Part shown: positions 62,327-64,000 of the stretch, in pieces | How the letters are laid out: every line of letters begins with the position of its first letter | Position numbering within the stretch: the stretch's first letter is position 1 | Notes under the pieces: generated by a model | The model's database searches: none | The model's input: only the letters and a program-made list of their open reading frames with translations | What the model was told of the DNA's origin: nothing | Made by a program: the position numbers and the translations under genes | Source of the DNA: the human T2T-CHM13v2.0 reference genome, Homo sapiens | Assembly: GCF_009914755.1 (NCBI RefSeq) | Contig: NC_060925.1 | DNA: 64,000 nt | Direction: 5' to 3' (one strand)

Positions 62327-64000
62327 TAGGCACACACAAATTGTAAGGGTTATGTGATTGTTGTGGTTGAGCTTCAAAAAAACTATCTACCTACCTACCA
62401 TTCAGCTTCCTTGCAGCCAAAATTAAAAAAAAAAAAAATGCATGTATGACTTTTTTTTTAAATATTCTAATTATCAGTTTTAAAAGGAGGAGAAAAGGAA
62501 TCCCTATAGATCCTCTGGTGGTTGGAATTTTATATACGGAGCAGGGACAGGAGAAACGATCATTGTCTTCAAAAATAGCACTAGAATAAACACAGCTTCA
62601 GATATGATTCTAATCTCATGACCCCTGTGATAAATGTCAAAGGATTTGAGGAATATCAACATAAAATTAGGGGAACCAATTCTATTGTAAATACTGAAGA
62701 CACTAGCCAGTCCACCTTTGCTTCAAAGTAGAAGCATGAAGAATACCTCAGTTCTGAATACCTCTACATTGTTACATTACTCCTGCTTGATATATTATTT
62801 TGAGATGGAAAAGAAGGTCTAATGCTCTCTCTGTCTTCATGGTCAAACCATTCATTCTGCAATAATGTCCAGATTTGGGTAATATAATCATCCAGGAGTG
62901 CTCTGAAATGAAATTATAGGACTGGACTGGATTGGAGTTTCAGTGCAGACTTCAGAAGAAGTGGCTCTGCACTGAAAATTACTTGCTGCCCTTTGCAATG
63001 GTGGCAGTTAAATAACTCAACAAGAGGTCCCTCGGAGAAAATCAATACACACCAAATTGCAAAAATGTGGATGCAATTTGTGGGGAAAGTGGATTTGATG
63101 TGAGTCTGTGTTGGCTGCCAGCATGAAGTCACTCTCAAGGTGGATTAAATCCTGTTGCAGCTCTTCCTTCCAAGTGCTGGGCTGGTCTCTTCCTTGTCCT
63201 GCAGATCCCATTGACTTTTCAGCTCAACCCTGCTCCAGGCTGTGGGATCAATTAGGCCCTGGAGGGAGCCCTGTTGTGGCTTCAGCCATACTTGACCATA
63301 GGCATCACACCCTCCCAGTTCATAAGGGAGAGCCCACGCTGTGAAGTAGTAGGGATTATTTTCCTTGTGTTTTGCCTTAGGTCTTGGCTCTAAGAACAGG
63401 AGTCCTGTCGTGTTCCTCGTTTAGAGTCTCTGGCTTGGTAATCTGCCCACCAGTCTCTACGAGAAGGCTCTGCTTGCCCTTGCTCTCCTACTAGTGCCAT
63501 GTGCTGGTGGAATCAGCCTTTGAAAAGCGTAAATGAGATAACATGTCTCTCTTCTGAAACTTCGCAAAGGCCTCTCATTGTATTTAGAGGATACCTTGGA
63601 CTCTGTAAGGCCTTGTGTGACCTGGATCCTCACTGTGCTGCAAAATCATGTTACAAAAACTCTTTTCATTCAGGCTTTACAGAGTCTTCTTAATTTCTGT
63701 AATAATCCCAGATGCTGCCACAGGTATTTGCATCAACTGTGTTCTCTGCCTGAAATGCTCATCCCCAAGCCTCTTGCATAGCTAGCTCCTTTATATCCTC
63801 AGGCTTCATCTTAAGGGCATCTCCTAAGCCAAGACTTTCCTGACCACCTTTTCTAAAGTAGCACTCCTCCCTCATAATTTCTGCCACTGCATTAATTTCC
63901 TAACCTCTTGAGGTTAAATACAATTATTGAGCTACAATAATTGTATTTAATTGTGGCCGCATTTATTGTCTATCTTTCCTACAACAATATAAATAACATG

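Overview
Human genomic DNA. Primate Alu, THE1 and LTR7 elements are present, and an AluYg6-type copy belongs to a human-lineage subfamily. The window is CpG-poor and looks intergenic or deep-intronic: no CpG island, no recognisable protein-coding exon, no RNA gene and no prokaryote-type system. Much of it is interspersed repeat: about 17 Alu or Alu-monomer copies, many MIR and L2 relics, L1 fragments, DNA transposon fossils, and solo LTRs (THE1 x2 plus a fragment, LTR2, MLT1 x3, MLT2A, two LTR7/HERV-H). The ORFs supplied are repeat-derived or chance. Most noteworthy: a ~30-bp-stem unique hairpin (42180-42272); a ~95-bp locally templated insertion flanked by a target duplication (12466-12599, donor 13925-14020); a very young AluYg6; a perfect U1-complementary donor at a truncated Alu junction; two divergent HERV-H solo LTRs plus DUX4-motif LTRs; a 24-bp perfect palindrome; and several strong splice sites suggesting spliced lncRNA(s). 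Repeat subfamily names come from recalled consensus sequences and boundaries of old repeats are approximate. I cannot name the locus.
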